Source of the DNA: an uncultured Verrucomicrobiota bacterium
Lineage (GTDB): Bacteria > Verrucomicrobiota > Kiritimatiellia > PWTM01
Direction of reading: 5' to 3'
DNA length: 64,000 bases
NCBI GenBank assembly: GCA_964386675.1
Contig: CAYLTB010000001.1
Location: forward strand, 2,353-66,352
Position numbers and translations under genes: made by a program. The notes under the pieces are model-generated. The model saw only the letters and a list, made by a program, of their open reading frames with translations, did not search any database and was not told the origin of the DNA. Shown here one piece after another: positions 55,823 to 64,000 of this stretch (positions are counted from its first letter, which is position 1; every line of letters begins with the position of its first letter).

Positions 55823-57373
55823 TCAGCCGGCCGGCGGCGCGCGCCCGGCCGCGCGCGTGAGGCGCGCGAGCCGCGTCTTCGCCGCGGCGGTGAGCTGCGG
55901 CCACGCGAACCGCCACTGCCAGTTGCCCTGCGCCGTGCCGGGCGTATTCATCCGCGCCTCCGACCCCAGTGCGAGAACGTCCTGCAGCGGCGCGATCGCC
56001 AGCCGCGCGGGAGAGCGCCACGCGAGTTCGACCATCCGCGCGGGCGCCTTCGCCGGGTCGCGTCCCAACAGCGCCTCCGCCGCCCGCCGCGCCCGCGCGA
56101 CTTCGCCCTCCGCCGACGCGGCCGACGCCTCGAACCAGCCGCGCGCCGTGTCGTTGTCGTGCGTGCCCGTGTACACGACGCTGTTCTCGCGGAGGCGCTC
56201 CAGGCGGTCCGGCCGCTCCGCCAACTCGCCGAAGAGGAACTGCAAAACCTCCATGCCCGGCAGACCGAAGCGGTCGCGCAGGGCGCGGACCTCGTCGGTT
56301 ATGATGCCGAGGTCCTCCGCGAGGATCGGCAGCCGGCCGCCGAGTGCGTTGCGCAGCGCCGCCAGTAGCGCGTCGCGCGGGCCGGCGACCCAGCGGCCGC
56401 GCTCCGCGGTCGGTTCGGAGGCCGGGATTTGCCAATAGTCCTGCAAGCCCCGGAAGTGGTCGAGGCGCAGCCAATCCGCCCACGCGAGCGCGCGCCGTAC
56501 GCGGGCGATCCACCAGCGATACCCTTCGGCGGCGTGCGCCTCCCAGCGGTAGAGCGGATTGCCCCAGCGCTGGCCGGTGGTTGAGAAATAGTCCGGCGGA
56601 ACGCCCGCGACCACGGTCGGATGCCCTCGATCGTCCACGTGAAACAGGTCGCGGCGCGCCCAGACGTCTGCGCTGTCGTGGGCGACGAAGATGGGCAGAT
56701 CGCCGATCAGCCGGATGCCGAGCCGGGCGGCGGTGCGGCGCAGCGCCGCCCATTGGCGATCGAAGAGGAACTGGAGGATTTCCTCGCGGCGGATCTCTCG
56801 ATCGAGCCGCCGTCGCGCGGCGTCCAGCGCGTCCGGCTCTCGTTGCGCCAGCGGCGCCGGCCAGTCGGTCCAGGCCCTGCCGCCGTGCTCGGTCTTGAGC
56901 GCCATGAACAGCGCATAATCCGGCAGCCAATCCGCCTGCCGGCGACGGAAGGCGGCGAACCCGCGCTGCCGAGCGGCCGACGCCGCGGAGAACCGGTCCG
57001 CGGCCGCCTGCAGTCGCGCTCGGCGCGCCGGCAGGATGGCGCCGAAATCCACCCGCGTCGCATCGGTGATCGGAAAGCCTTGCAGGTCGCCGGCGGTCAA
57101 CCAGCCGTCGCGGCGGAGGTCATCGAAGCTGATCAGCAACGCGTGGGCGGCGAACGTCGAAAGGCTCTGGTAGGGTGAGTCGCCGTAACCGGTAGGGCCG
57201 AGCGGCAGAAACTGCCAGTATCGCTGGCGCATCGCCGAGAGCGCGCGCAGCCAACGGCGGGCATGCGGACCGATCTCGCCGATGCCCCAGGGGCCCGGCA
57301 GCGAGGTGACATGCAGCAGTAAGCCGGCGGCGCGCTCCGGCCGCGCGGCGCGGCCGGAGCGCTCAATCGTCAT
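55823..57373 (-). CDS. malQ: 4-alpha-glucanotransferase (amylomaltase, GH77)
   Basis: LLLHVTSLPGPWGIGEIGPHARRWL...YWQFLPLGPTGYGDSPYQSLSTFA is the MalQ N-terminal signature. GH77 catalytic region motifs follow. The start is at MTIERS (57373), and the ORF extends to 57481. Confidence 0.88.
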   Translation of the reverse strand: MTIERSGRAARPERAAGLLLHVTSLPGPWGIGEIGPHARRWLRALSAMRQRYWQFLPLGPTGYGDSPYQSLSTFAAHALLISFDDLRRDGWLTAGDLQGFPITDATRVDFGAILPARRARLQAAADRFSAASAARQRGFAAFRRRQADWLPDYALFMALKTEHGGRAWTDWPAPLAQREPDALDAARRRLDREIRREEILQFLFDRQWAALRRTAARLGIRLIGDLPIFVAHDSADVWARRDLFHVDDRGHPTVVAGVPPDYFSTTGQRWGNPLYRWEAHAAEGYRWWIARVRRALAWADWLRLDHFRGLQDYWQIPASEPTAERGRWVAGPRDALLAALRNALGGRLPILAEDLGIITDEVRALRDRFGLPGMEVLQFLFGELAERPDRLERLRENSVVYTGTHDNDTARGWFEASAASAEGEVARARRAAEALLGRDPAKAPARMVELAWRSPARLAIAPLQDVLALGSEARMNTPGTAQGNWQWRFAWPQLTAAAKTRLARLTRAAGRAPPAG

Positions 57374-58214
57374 GCGCGAGGCCCGTGATGACGTAGCCGC
57401 CCGACCGTTCGTCGGACTCGAGGGTGAGCAGGCCTCGGCGCTGCGCTTCTTCGAGCAGCGCGTTGAACGAACGAAACCCATGGTAGGCTTCGTTGAAGTT
57501 CGGGCGTCGGCGCTTCAGCGTCTGCTTGACCATCGAGCCCCAGACCCGCCCGTCGCCGCCGCGGTCGGCGAGCAGCTCCTCGACGACTTCGATCACATGC
57601 GCGATGCCTTCGCTGGCCGGGTCGCCGTCCGCGGCCGGCGTCTTCGCGGCCGCCGCGGCGGGCCGGGCGGCTGCGGCGGCCCCGGCGGCCGCCGGCGCGC
57701 GAGTCCGGCGCGGTTTGCGCGCCGCGCTGGAGGCGCGCGCGCGGGCGAGGTCGTCGTAGTAGATGAACTCGTCGCAGTTCGCGATCAGCAGGTCGGAGGT
57801 CGAGTTCTTCACACCGACGCCGATCACGGTCTTGTTGCTCTCGCGCAATTTGCTCACCAGCGGCGAGAAGTCGGAGTCGCCGCTGATGATCACGAAGGTC
57901 CGTACGTGCGGCTTCGTGTAGCAGAGGTCCAGCGCGTCCACGACCAGCCGGATGTCGGCGGAGTTCTTGCCGGACTGGCGGACGTGCGGCACGTCAATCA
58001 GTTCGAAAGACGCTTCGTGCATCGCGGCCTTGAACTCCTTGTAGCGCGCCCAGTCGCAGTAGGCCTTCTTGACGATGATGGGCCCCTTCAGCAGCAGCTT
58101 TTCGAGAACGAGCCGGATGTCGAAGCGCTCGATCTTCGCATCGCGCACGCCGAGCGCGACGTTTTCAAAATCGCAGAAGACCGCCATGCTGCCGGAGTCG
58201 GTGATTTCGCTCAT
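57363..58214 (-). CDS. NYN (LabA-like) nuclease-domain protein with C-terminal OST-HTH/LOTUS domain
   Basis: MAVFCDFENV...KAYCDWARY...IISGDSDFSPLVSKLRESNKTVIGVG is the NYN/LabA fold. The C-terminal ~80 aa (VWGSMVKQTLKRRRPNFNEAYHGFRSFNALLEEAQRRGLL) are OST-HTH-like. It overlaps the malQ start by 11 nt. Confidence 0.7.
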   Translation of the reverse strand: MSEITDSGSMAVFCDFENVALGVRDAKIERFDIRLVLEKLLLKGPIIVKKAYCDWARYKEFKAAMHEASFELIDVPHVRQSGKNSADIRLVVDALDLCYTKPHVRTFVIISGDSDFSPLVSKLRESNKTVIGVGVKNSTSDLLIANCDEFIYYDDLARARASSAARKPRRTRAPAAAGAAAAARPAAAAAKTPAADGDPASEGIAHVIEVVEELLADRGGDGRVWGSMVKQTLKRRRPNFNEAYHGFRSFNALLEEAQRRGLLTLESDERSGGYVITGLAHDD

Positions 58215-58396
58215 GGGTGTTATCCTTCCCGCGGCAGGATGGCGCGGGATGCGCCCGGGCCGCAACGCCCTCCATCCTAACGCATCGGCGGAGAAACACA
58301 ACGCCGGAGCGCCGACCGTTGCGCGCGCGCGTGCGCTCCGCTATCGTGGGCGCCGCCGCCGCGCCGGCGTTTTCACCGCCGCGGCCGCCCGATGCC

Positions 58397-59638
58397 ATGA
58401 AGGTTCTGGTCTGCGCCACCGGTCTGACCGGGCAGTTTGCCGACGCGGTGTACAGCACGAAATACCGCGCCAACGCGATGGCAGAGGCCGGTCTGGACGT
58501 AACGGTGATCGGCGCGCCCGCCGTGTACCCCCCGGGCGCGCCGCCGCTTCGAGGCGCGTACCGGTGCGCGATTGCGCGGCGCGCGGCGGCGGAGGCGGCC
58601 GCCGCGTCGGTCCTCCGCCGCCGCGGCCGCCTCGCCACGTACCTGTGGGAGCCGTTCGCCGTGTTGCGCGCCGCCTGGCGAACGGCGGTGCGCGAACGAT
58701 TCGATGTCTTTTTTGTCAGCCACCTCGAACCCGTGCTCGCGCTGCCGTTTCTGCCGGTGCTGGGCGGCGGCGCGGGACCGCAATGGGTCGCCCGCATGCC
58801 GATCATCTTTCCCCGCTGGCGGCAGTGCCGGGCCGCGCCGCGCGGCTTCGCCCTGCGCGCGGCGGCCAACCGCGCCGTCGCGCCCGCGCTGCTGCGGCGA
58901 ATGCCGCTGCTGTTTTGCTCGCCCTACGGCCCGCCCTTCATGGGCCTGCCGCCGCACCCCAACGCCATCTGGCTGCCCGACGGCCACGAGGACGCGACGG
59001 CGCAGGCGCCGCCGGTCCCCGAGGCGCGGCGGCGGCTCGGCCTGCCCACCGGCCGCCGGATGGCGCTGCTGTTTGGCGCGGCCAGCCGCGCCAAAGGCGG
59101 GCCGCTGTTGCTGCGCGCACTGGAGGGCCTTCCGCCGGAATTGACCGTCTGCATGGTCGGCGCGGTCGGCGGGTCGTACGAGGGGTGGGGCGATCGCGCC
59201 GCCGCCGACGCGCGCGGCTGGACCGAGTCGCTGATCATCGTCCCCCGTTATGTCACGGACGAGGAGATGCGGCTCTACTATGCGGCCTGCGACGCGGTCG
59301 TGATCCCGTTCGAACGCGACTTTCCCGGCGACAGCACCCACCTGCGGCGTGCCGCCGAATTCGGCAAGGCCGTGATCGCCTGCGACCAGTACCTGATCGG
59401 TGAGACCGTCCGCCGTTACGACCTCGGCTGGCTGTTCCCGCCGGGCGACGCGGAGGGGTTGCGGGCCGCGCTGGCCGATTTCGCGCGCGCGCCGGACGCG
59501 CGGTTCGGCGCGATCCGCGCGCGCGCAATGCGCGCGGCGCGGGAGCGCAGTTGGACGGAGGTCGGCCGGCGCTACCGCGAGCTGTTCGAGAAGCTGACGG
59601 CGGCCGACGGACGCCGAACGGGGGCCGGGGGTCCCTGA
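58397..59638 (+). CDS. glycosyltransferase family 1
   Basis: The N-terminus is MKVLVCATGLTG. The C-terminal GT-B Rossmann region is present (ASRAKGGPLLLRAL..., EMRLYYAACDAVVIPFERDF...E). It is 413 aa. Confidence 0.7.
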   Translation: MKVLVCATGLTGQFADAVYSTKYRANAMAEAGLDVTVIGAPAVYPPGAPPLRGAYRCAIARRAAAEAAAASVLRRRGRLATYLWEPFAVLRAAWRTAVRERFDVFFVSHLEPVLALPFLPVLGGGAGPQWVARMPIIFPRWRQCRAAPRGFALRAAANRAVAPALLRRMPLLFCSPYGPPFMGLPPHPNAIWLPDGHEDATAQAPPVPEARRRLGLPTGRRMALLFGAASRAKGGPLLLRALEGLPPELTVCMVGAVGGSYEGWGDRAAADARGWTESLIIVPRYVTDEEMRLYYAACDAVVIPFERDFPGDSTHLRRAAEFGKAVIACDQYLIGETVRRYDLGWLFPPGDAEGLRAALADFARAPDARFGAIRARAMRAARERSWTEVGRRYRELFEKLTAADGRRTGAGGP

Positions 59639-59690
59639 GCGGTCATCCGTGCCCCGTGCGAGGGCGGCGGGCTGGGGGGACGGGGCGCCG

Positions 59691-61913
59691 CTATAGAAGC
59701 GAGAGCGCGTCCACGTCAATGAGCAACAGGACGCCCGACGGCTTCTTTTCCGCCAGCACCGCCGCGCGGATCGCACGGTTCATCGCCCGCGCGTCGGCGG
59801 CGCGGACGATCACCTGCTGACGATACTGGCCCTGGATGCGCTCGAAGGGCGCGGGCGCCGCGTCCGAGACCTTCACCGCGCCGTCGGCCTCCGCGGCGGC
59901 GCGGCGCAGCGCTTCGGCCAGCCGCTCCATGTAACCGGCGACCGCCGCCCGGTCGGCGCCGCGCGCCGTCAGGCAGGTGAGCCGCGTGAACGGCGGGTAT
60001 TCCAACTCGCGGCGGAACGCCAGTTCCTGCTCATAGAAGCCTTCCAGGTCGAAGCGGCGCACCGCCTGGATCGCCGGGTGGTGCGGCGTGTAGGTCTGCA
60101 CGATGACCTCGCCGGCGACGTCGCCGCGGCCGGCGCGGCCGGCCACCTGCGTCAGCATTTGGAACGTGCGCTCGCCGGCCCGGAAGTCCGGCAGGTGCAG
60201 CGCCAGATCCGCGAACAATACGCCGACGAGCGTGACGTTCGGGAAGTCCAATCCCTTCGCGATCATCTGTGTGCCGACGAGGATATCGAGCTTGCCGGTG
60301 CGGAAATCGCCGAGGACTTCGCGGTAGGACTCCTTGCGCGTCATCGTGTCGGAATCCATCCGCGCCGCGCGAGCGCGGGGAAAGAGCTTGGCGAGGATCT
60401 CCTCGACGCGCTCGGTGCCGAGGCCGGCGTAGCGGAAGGCCGGGTCGCCGCATTTCGGACAGCGCTCCGGCACCGGCGTCCGCCGCCCGCACAGGTGGCA
60501 GATCAGCCGCTGCTCCCGTTTGTGATAGGTCGTCGAAACGCTGCAGTCCTCGCACTGCGCGACAAAGCCGCATTTCGGACAGATCAGCGACGAGGCGTAG
60601 CCGCGGCGGTTCAGGAAGAGGATGGTCTGCTCCGCGCGGGCGAGGCGCTCGGCGACCGCCTGCACCAGTTCCCGCGAAAACACGTTGGCCCGGCCCTCGC
60701 GCTCGGCCTCCGCGCGCAGGTCCACGACCTTGAGCAGCGGCATCCGGCGGTGGTCCACCCGGTGCGTCAGCCGCACCATCGCGTACTTGCCCGCGAGCGC
60801 GTTTCGGTAGGATTCCAACGACGGCGTCGCCGAGCCGAGCACGACCGCGCAGCCCTCGCGATGCCCGCGCATGACCGCCGTGTCGCGGGCGTGGTAACAC
60901 GGCGTCTCCGACTGCTTGTAGGAGTGCTCGTGTTCCTCGTCCACGACGATCAACCCCAGGTTCCGCACCGGCGCGAACAGTGCGGAGCGCGCGCCGACGA
61001 CGATGCTGGCGCGGCCTTCGTGCACCCGGTGCCACTCGTCGTGGCGCTCGCCTTCGGAAAGGTTGCTGTGCAGGATGGCCACGCGGTCGCCGAACCGCCG
61101 GCGGAAGCGCTCGACCGTTTGCGGTGTCAGCGAAATCTCCGGCACCAGCACGATCGCGCCCTTGCCCTGCGCGGCCGCGTGCGCGATCGCCTGCAGGTAC
61201 ACTTCCGTTTTGCCGCTGCCGGTGACGCCGAAGAGCAGCACCACCGGCGGCGTGAGCGTGTCAATCGAGCGCCGGATCGTTTCCAGCGCCGCCGTCTGCT
61301 CGGGCATCAATTCCAGCGGCGCGGAGGGCAGCAGTTCGCGCGCCGCCTCCGGGTCGCGCCGCACCACGCCCTCGCCGATGCGGACGAGCCCCTTCTGTTC
61401 GAGCGCCCGAATGGCGGCCGCGGAGACGCGCGCGCGTTTGGCCAGTTGGGCGAGAAAGATCTCGCCGCCGCTCATCAGCGCATCGAGCGCCGCCGCCTGT
61501 TTCGGCGCGCGGGCGCGCAGTCGCTCGGCGGCGCCGGGATCGGCCCCGGCCTCGGTCGGCGTCACGATCAACCGCCGCAGGTGGCCGGCCGGCGCACGGC
61601 GGACGACCGCCGGCAGCACGGCGCGCACCGCCGTCTCGATCGGCGCGATGTAGTAGTCCGCGATCCACCGGGCCAGCTCCGTGATCCGCTCCTCGATCAG
61701 CGCCTTCCGGCCGACGACCTCTCGGATCGCTTTCAGGTGCGGATAGTCGGACCGGTCCGCGAGCGCGACAACGATCCCGCGCCGCTCCGAGCGGCCGAAC
61801 GGCACGATCACCGGCGAGCCGACCCGCACTGAATCTTCCAGCTCCGGCGGGATTCGGTAATCGAACTCGCGGTTCAGCGAAAGTTCCACCACGACCTTGG
61901 CAATGCCCGGCAT
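59691..61913 (-). CDS. priA: primosomal protein N' (replication restart helicase PriA)
   Basis: The start is MPGIAKVVVELSLNREFDYRIPPEL (3' DNA-binding domain). Helicase motifs I (GVTGSGKTEVY) and II (DEEHE) are present. The Cys-rich zinc-binding region is CPKCG...C..C...CHLCG...CPKCG. Confidence 0.9.
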   Translation of the reverse strand: MPGIAKVVVELSLNREFDYRIPPELEDSVRVGSPVIVPFGRSERRGIVVALADRSDYPHLKAIREVVGRKALIEERITELARWIADYYIAPIETAVRAVLPAVVRRAPAGHLRRLIVTPTEAGADPGAAERLRARAPKQAAALDALMSGGEIFLAQLAKRARVSAAAIRALEQKGLVRIGEGVVRRDPEAARELLPSAPLELMPEQTAALETIRRSIDTLTPPVVLLFGVTGSGKTEVYLQAIAHAAAQGKGAIVLVPEISLTPQTVERFRRRFGDRVAILHSNLSEGERHDEWHRVHEGRASIVVGARSALFAPVRNLGLIVVDEEHEHSYKQSETPCYHARDTAVMRGHREGCAVVLGSATPSLESYRNALAGKYAMVRLTHRVDHRRMPLLKVVDLRAEAEREGRANVFSRELVQAVAERLARAEQTILFLNRRGYASSLICPKCGFVAQCEDCSVSTTYHKREQRLICHLCGRRTPVPERCPKCGDPAFRYAGLGTERVEEILAKLFPRARAARMDSDTMTRKESYREVLGDFRTGKLDILVGTQMIAKGLDFPNVTLVGVLFADLALHLPDFRAGERTFQMLTQVAGRAGRGDVAGEVIVQTYTPHHPAIQAVRRFDLEGFYEQELAFRRELEYPPFTRLTCLTARGADRAAVAGYMERLAEALRRAAAEADGAVKVSDAAPAPFERIQGQYRQQVIVRAADARAMNRAIRAAVLAEKKPSGVLLLIDVDALSLL

Positions 61914-62041
61914 GGGCGCGATGTTACCACCGCCGCGGTCCGCGGCGAGCGGAGATTGTCCCCCACGAAAGAGTTGGATTTTGGGCGGGCGGTCGGGCAT
62001 GCTGGCCGCCGCACGCGAAACAGGCAGGCCCGCGGAAGCGG

Positions 62042-63352
62042 GTGGAAAGGCGGATGCACATGGCAACCACAAACCGACGTAAAAACGCGGATCTCCGGGC
62101 CGCCTACCGGGCGGCGAAGCAGCACTACGCCGCCATCGGCGTGGACACGGAGCACGCGATCGCACGCGCACTCCAGGTTCCGATTTCCCTGCATTGCTGG
62201 CAGGCCGACGACGTCGGCGGCTTTGAAGTGCGCGAGGGCGCCGTGGACGGCGGCGGGATTCTGGCCACCGGTTCGCATCCCGGTCGCGCCCGCAACGGCG
62301 AGGAAATGCGCCGCGACCTGGAGACCGTGATGCGCCTGGCGCCCGGCGTTCACCGCGTCAACCTCCACGCGCTGTATGCCGAGACCGAGGGGCGCGCCGT
62401 CCCGCGCGACGAGCTGCGCACGCAGCACTTCGAACGCTGGATCGCATGGGCGCGCGCCCGCAAGATCGGGCTCGATTTCAACACCACCTTCTTCGCGCAT
62501 CCGCTCGCAAACGACGGCCTGACGCTGTCCCATCCGGACCGCAGCGTCCGGGAGTTCTGGATTCGACACGCCGTCGCCTGCCGCCGCATCGCCACGGACA
62601 TGGGGAAGGCGCTGCGCGCGCCCGTCATCCTGAACCACTGGCTGCCGGACGGACGCAAGGATTCCCCCGCCGACCGGTGGTCGCCCCGGCGCCGACTGGT
62701 GGAAGCGCTCGACCGGGTCCTGGCGCGGCATGCGGGCGTGGATCCGCGATGGTGCCGTGACGCGGTCGAGGGCAAACTGTTCGGCATCGGCAGCGAGGAC
62801 TATGTGGTCGGATCGAACGAGTTTTACGCCGCCTACGCGCTGACGCGCAACGTCCGGCTTTGCCTCGACATGGGGCATTTTCACCCGACGGAAACGATCG
62901 CCGACAAGATTTCCGCGCTGCTGCAGTTTCACGAGGGGTTGCTGCTGCACGTGAGCCGGCCGATCCGCTGGGACAGCGACCACGTCGTGATCTTCAACGA
63001 CGATCTGCGCGCCGTCTTCCAGGAGCTGGTCCGCGGCAACGCGCTGGATCGCGTCGCCCTGGCGACGGATTATTTCGACGCCAGCATCAACCGGATCGCA
63101 GCGTACGTCATCGGCGCCCGGGCGACGCGCAAAGCGTTGTTGGCGGCGCTGCTGGAACCCACGGCGGCGATTCGTCAACTGGAGGCGGAGGGACGCGGCG
63201 CCGAAAAACTCGCCTGGATGGAGGAGGCCAAAGTAGGGCCGCTGGGCGCCGTGTGGGACGAGCTGTGCCGGCGCGCGCGCGCGCCGGCCGGCGCCGACTG
63301 GATCGCGGCGGTGCGCGATTACGAGGAAAACGTGCTGCTCCGCCGCCGGTGA
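62042..63352 (+). CDS. rhaA: L-rhamnose isomerase
   Basis: It matches the RhaA family along its length (ISLHCWQADDVGGFE, FHPTETIADKISALLQF and others). It is about 430 aa. The start is ambiguous among Mets at 62042/62054/62060. Confidence 0.8.
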   Translation: MERRMHMATTNRRKNADLRAAYRAAKQHYAAIGVDTEHAIARALQVPISLHCWQADDVGGFEVREGAVDGGGILATGSHPGRARNGEEMRRDLETVMRLAPGVHRVNLHALYAETEGRAVPRDELRTQHFERWIAWARARKIGLDFNTTFFAHPLANDGLTLSHPDRSVREFWIRHAVACRRIATDMGKALRAPVILNHWLPDGRKDSPADRWSPRRRLVEALDRVLARHAGVDPRWCRDAVEGKLFGIGSEDYVVGSNEFYAAYALTRNVRLCLDMGHFHPTETIADKISALLQFHEGLLLHVSRPIRWDSDHVVIFNDDLRAVFQELVRGNALDRVALATDYFDASINRIAAYVIGARATRKALLAALLEPTAAIRQLEAEGRGAEKLAWMEEAKVGPLGAVWDELCRRARAPAGADWIAAVRDYEENVLLRRR

Positions 63353-63970
63353 TCACGCGTTCAGGAACGGGTTGTATTCCCGTTCATGGCCGACGGTCGT
63401 GGCGGGGCCGTGGCCCGGAAAAACGCGCGTATCGTCGGGTAATTCCAGCAGACGCTGCAGCGACGCGCGAAGGGTCTGGAAATCGCCGCCGGGCAGGTCC
63501 GTGCGGCCGACGCCCTCGCGGAAGAGCGTGTCCCCGCTGATCAGCCATCGTTCGTCGCTTTGATGGAAGCAGACGCTCCCGGGCGTGTGGCCGGGCGTCA
63601 AGATGACGCGCAGTTTGAGGTCGCCGATCCGCAGTTCGCCCGCCGGCAACGGACGCCATTGGGCGGGTCGGGCCGGCGGCTCCGGATACCACGGAGGCAT
63701 GCGATTCCATTCGCCGAACGCCCACGCCGCGTCGGCCTCGTGGAGATACACCGGCGCCGGATGGATCGCCAACAGGCCGTCCAGGCCGGCGCAATGGTCG
63801 AAGTGGCCGTGCGTCAACAGCACCGCCGCCAGGACTTCCCCGCGTTCCTGCAAGGCCCGGCAAACCGGCGCCGCCTCGCCCGGGTCCACCGCCACGGCCG
63901 CGCCGCGCCCGACAGTCAAGAGCAGGCCGTTGACCTCGAACGCGCCGGTCGTCACGATGGTCGGATTCAC
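63353..63970 (-). CDS. MBL-fold metallo-hydrolase (glyoxalase II/hydroxyacylglutathione hydrolase-like)
   Basis: The metallo-beta-lactamase motif THGHFDHCAGL (HxHxDH) is present, plus downstream His/Asp ligands (TPGHTPGS, GDTLF, FPGHGP). It is 205 aa. Confidence 0.8.
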   Translation of the reverse strand: MNPTIVTTGAFEVNGLLLTVGRGAAVAVDPGEAAPVCRALQERGEVLAAVLLTHGHFDHCAGLDGLLAIHPAPVYLHEADAAWAFGEWNRMPPWYPEPPARPAQWRPLPAGELRIGDLKLRVILTPGHTPGSVCFHQSDERWLISGDTLFREGVGRTDLPGGDFQTLRASLQRLLELPDDTRVFPGHGPATTVGHEREYNPFLNA

Positions 63971-64000
63971 CCGCCGGCCTCCGTCAGTAATTTCAGGAAA

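Noticed and set aside
1-64000. CRISPR arrays, insertion sequences, integrases, phage genes
   Set aside because: No spaced direct-repeat arrays were found, and no transposase, integrase or phage structural signatures appear in any frame. The only recurrent element is the two-locus palindromic pair reported above.

Overview
This window is a high-GC bacterial chromosomal segment with no rRNA, tRNA, CRISPR arrays or transposases; the gene content points to the PVC superphylum, possibly Kiritimatiellae, Verrucomicrobia or Lentisphaerae. A chlamydia-type V-ATPase operon (E-DUF2764-A-B-D-I-K) and a DUF1559 prepilin are the basis for the PVC guess. About 52 protein-coding genes are supportable from sequence. 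Recognisable genes include ldhA, an amidohydrolase, glmS, an LPS heptosyltransferase (GT9), pstS-pstC-pstA-pstB with unusually long PstC and PstA, a SurA-like PPIase, a GT2/LpxL-type acyltransferase pair, an ABC ATPase, a sulfatase and a purple-acid-phosphatase-like metallophosphoesterase. Further along are a beta-CASP nuclease, RlmI, a MobA-like gene, an HhH-GPD glycosylase, tatA, a ThyA-like/pyruvate-kinase-like/HAD cluster, a degenerate aroD-like ORF, malQ, a NYN+LOTUS protein, a GT1, priA, rhaA and an MBL hydrolase. The most system-like and unusual locus is a tightly packed minus-strand gene string from about 47.9 kb to 35.5 kb. Its core is a soluble histidine kinase fused in one ORF to a CoA-disulfide-reductase/NADH-oxidase domain plus a rhodanese domain. 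This is followed by a cytoplasmic multi-PAS histidine kinase (11-nt gap), an ATGA-coupled REC-degenerate-kinase-REC hybrid regulator, then GspE/GspF-type secretion or pilus ATPase and platform genes. The architecture suggests a redox/sulfur-sensing phosphorelay controlling a type II secretion or type IV pilus-like motor. A second notable item is a repeated intergenic element at two convergent gene junctions: two 15-bp TTCCAA(N3)TTGGAA palindromes spaced exactly 16 nt apart. Many very long ORFs in the supplied track run antisense to these genes, encode Arg/Ala/Pro-rich low-complexity protein, and are treated as high-GC artefacts.
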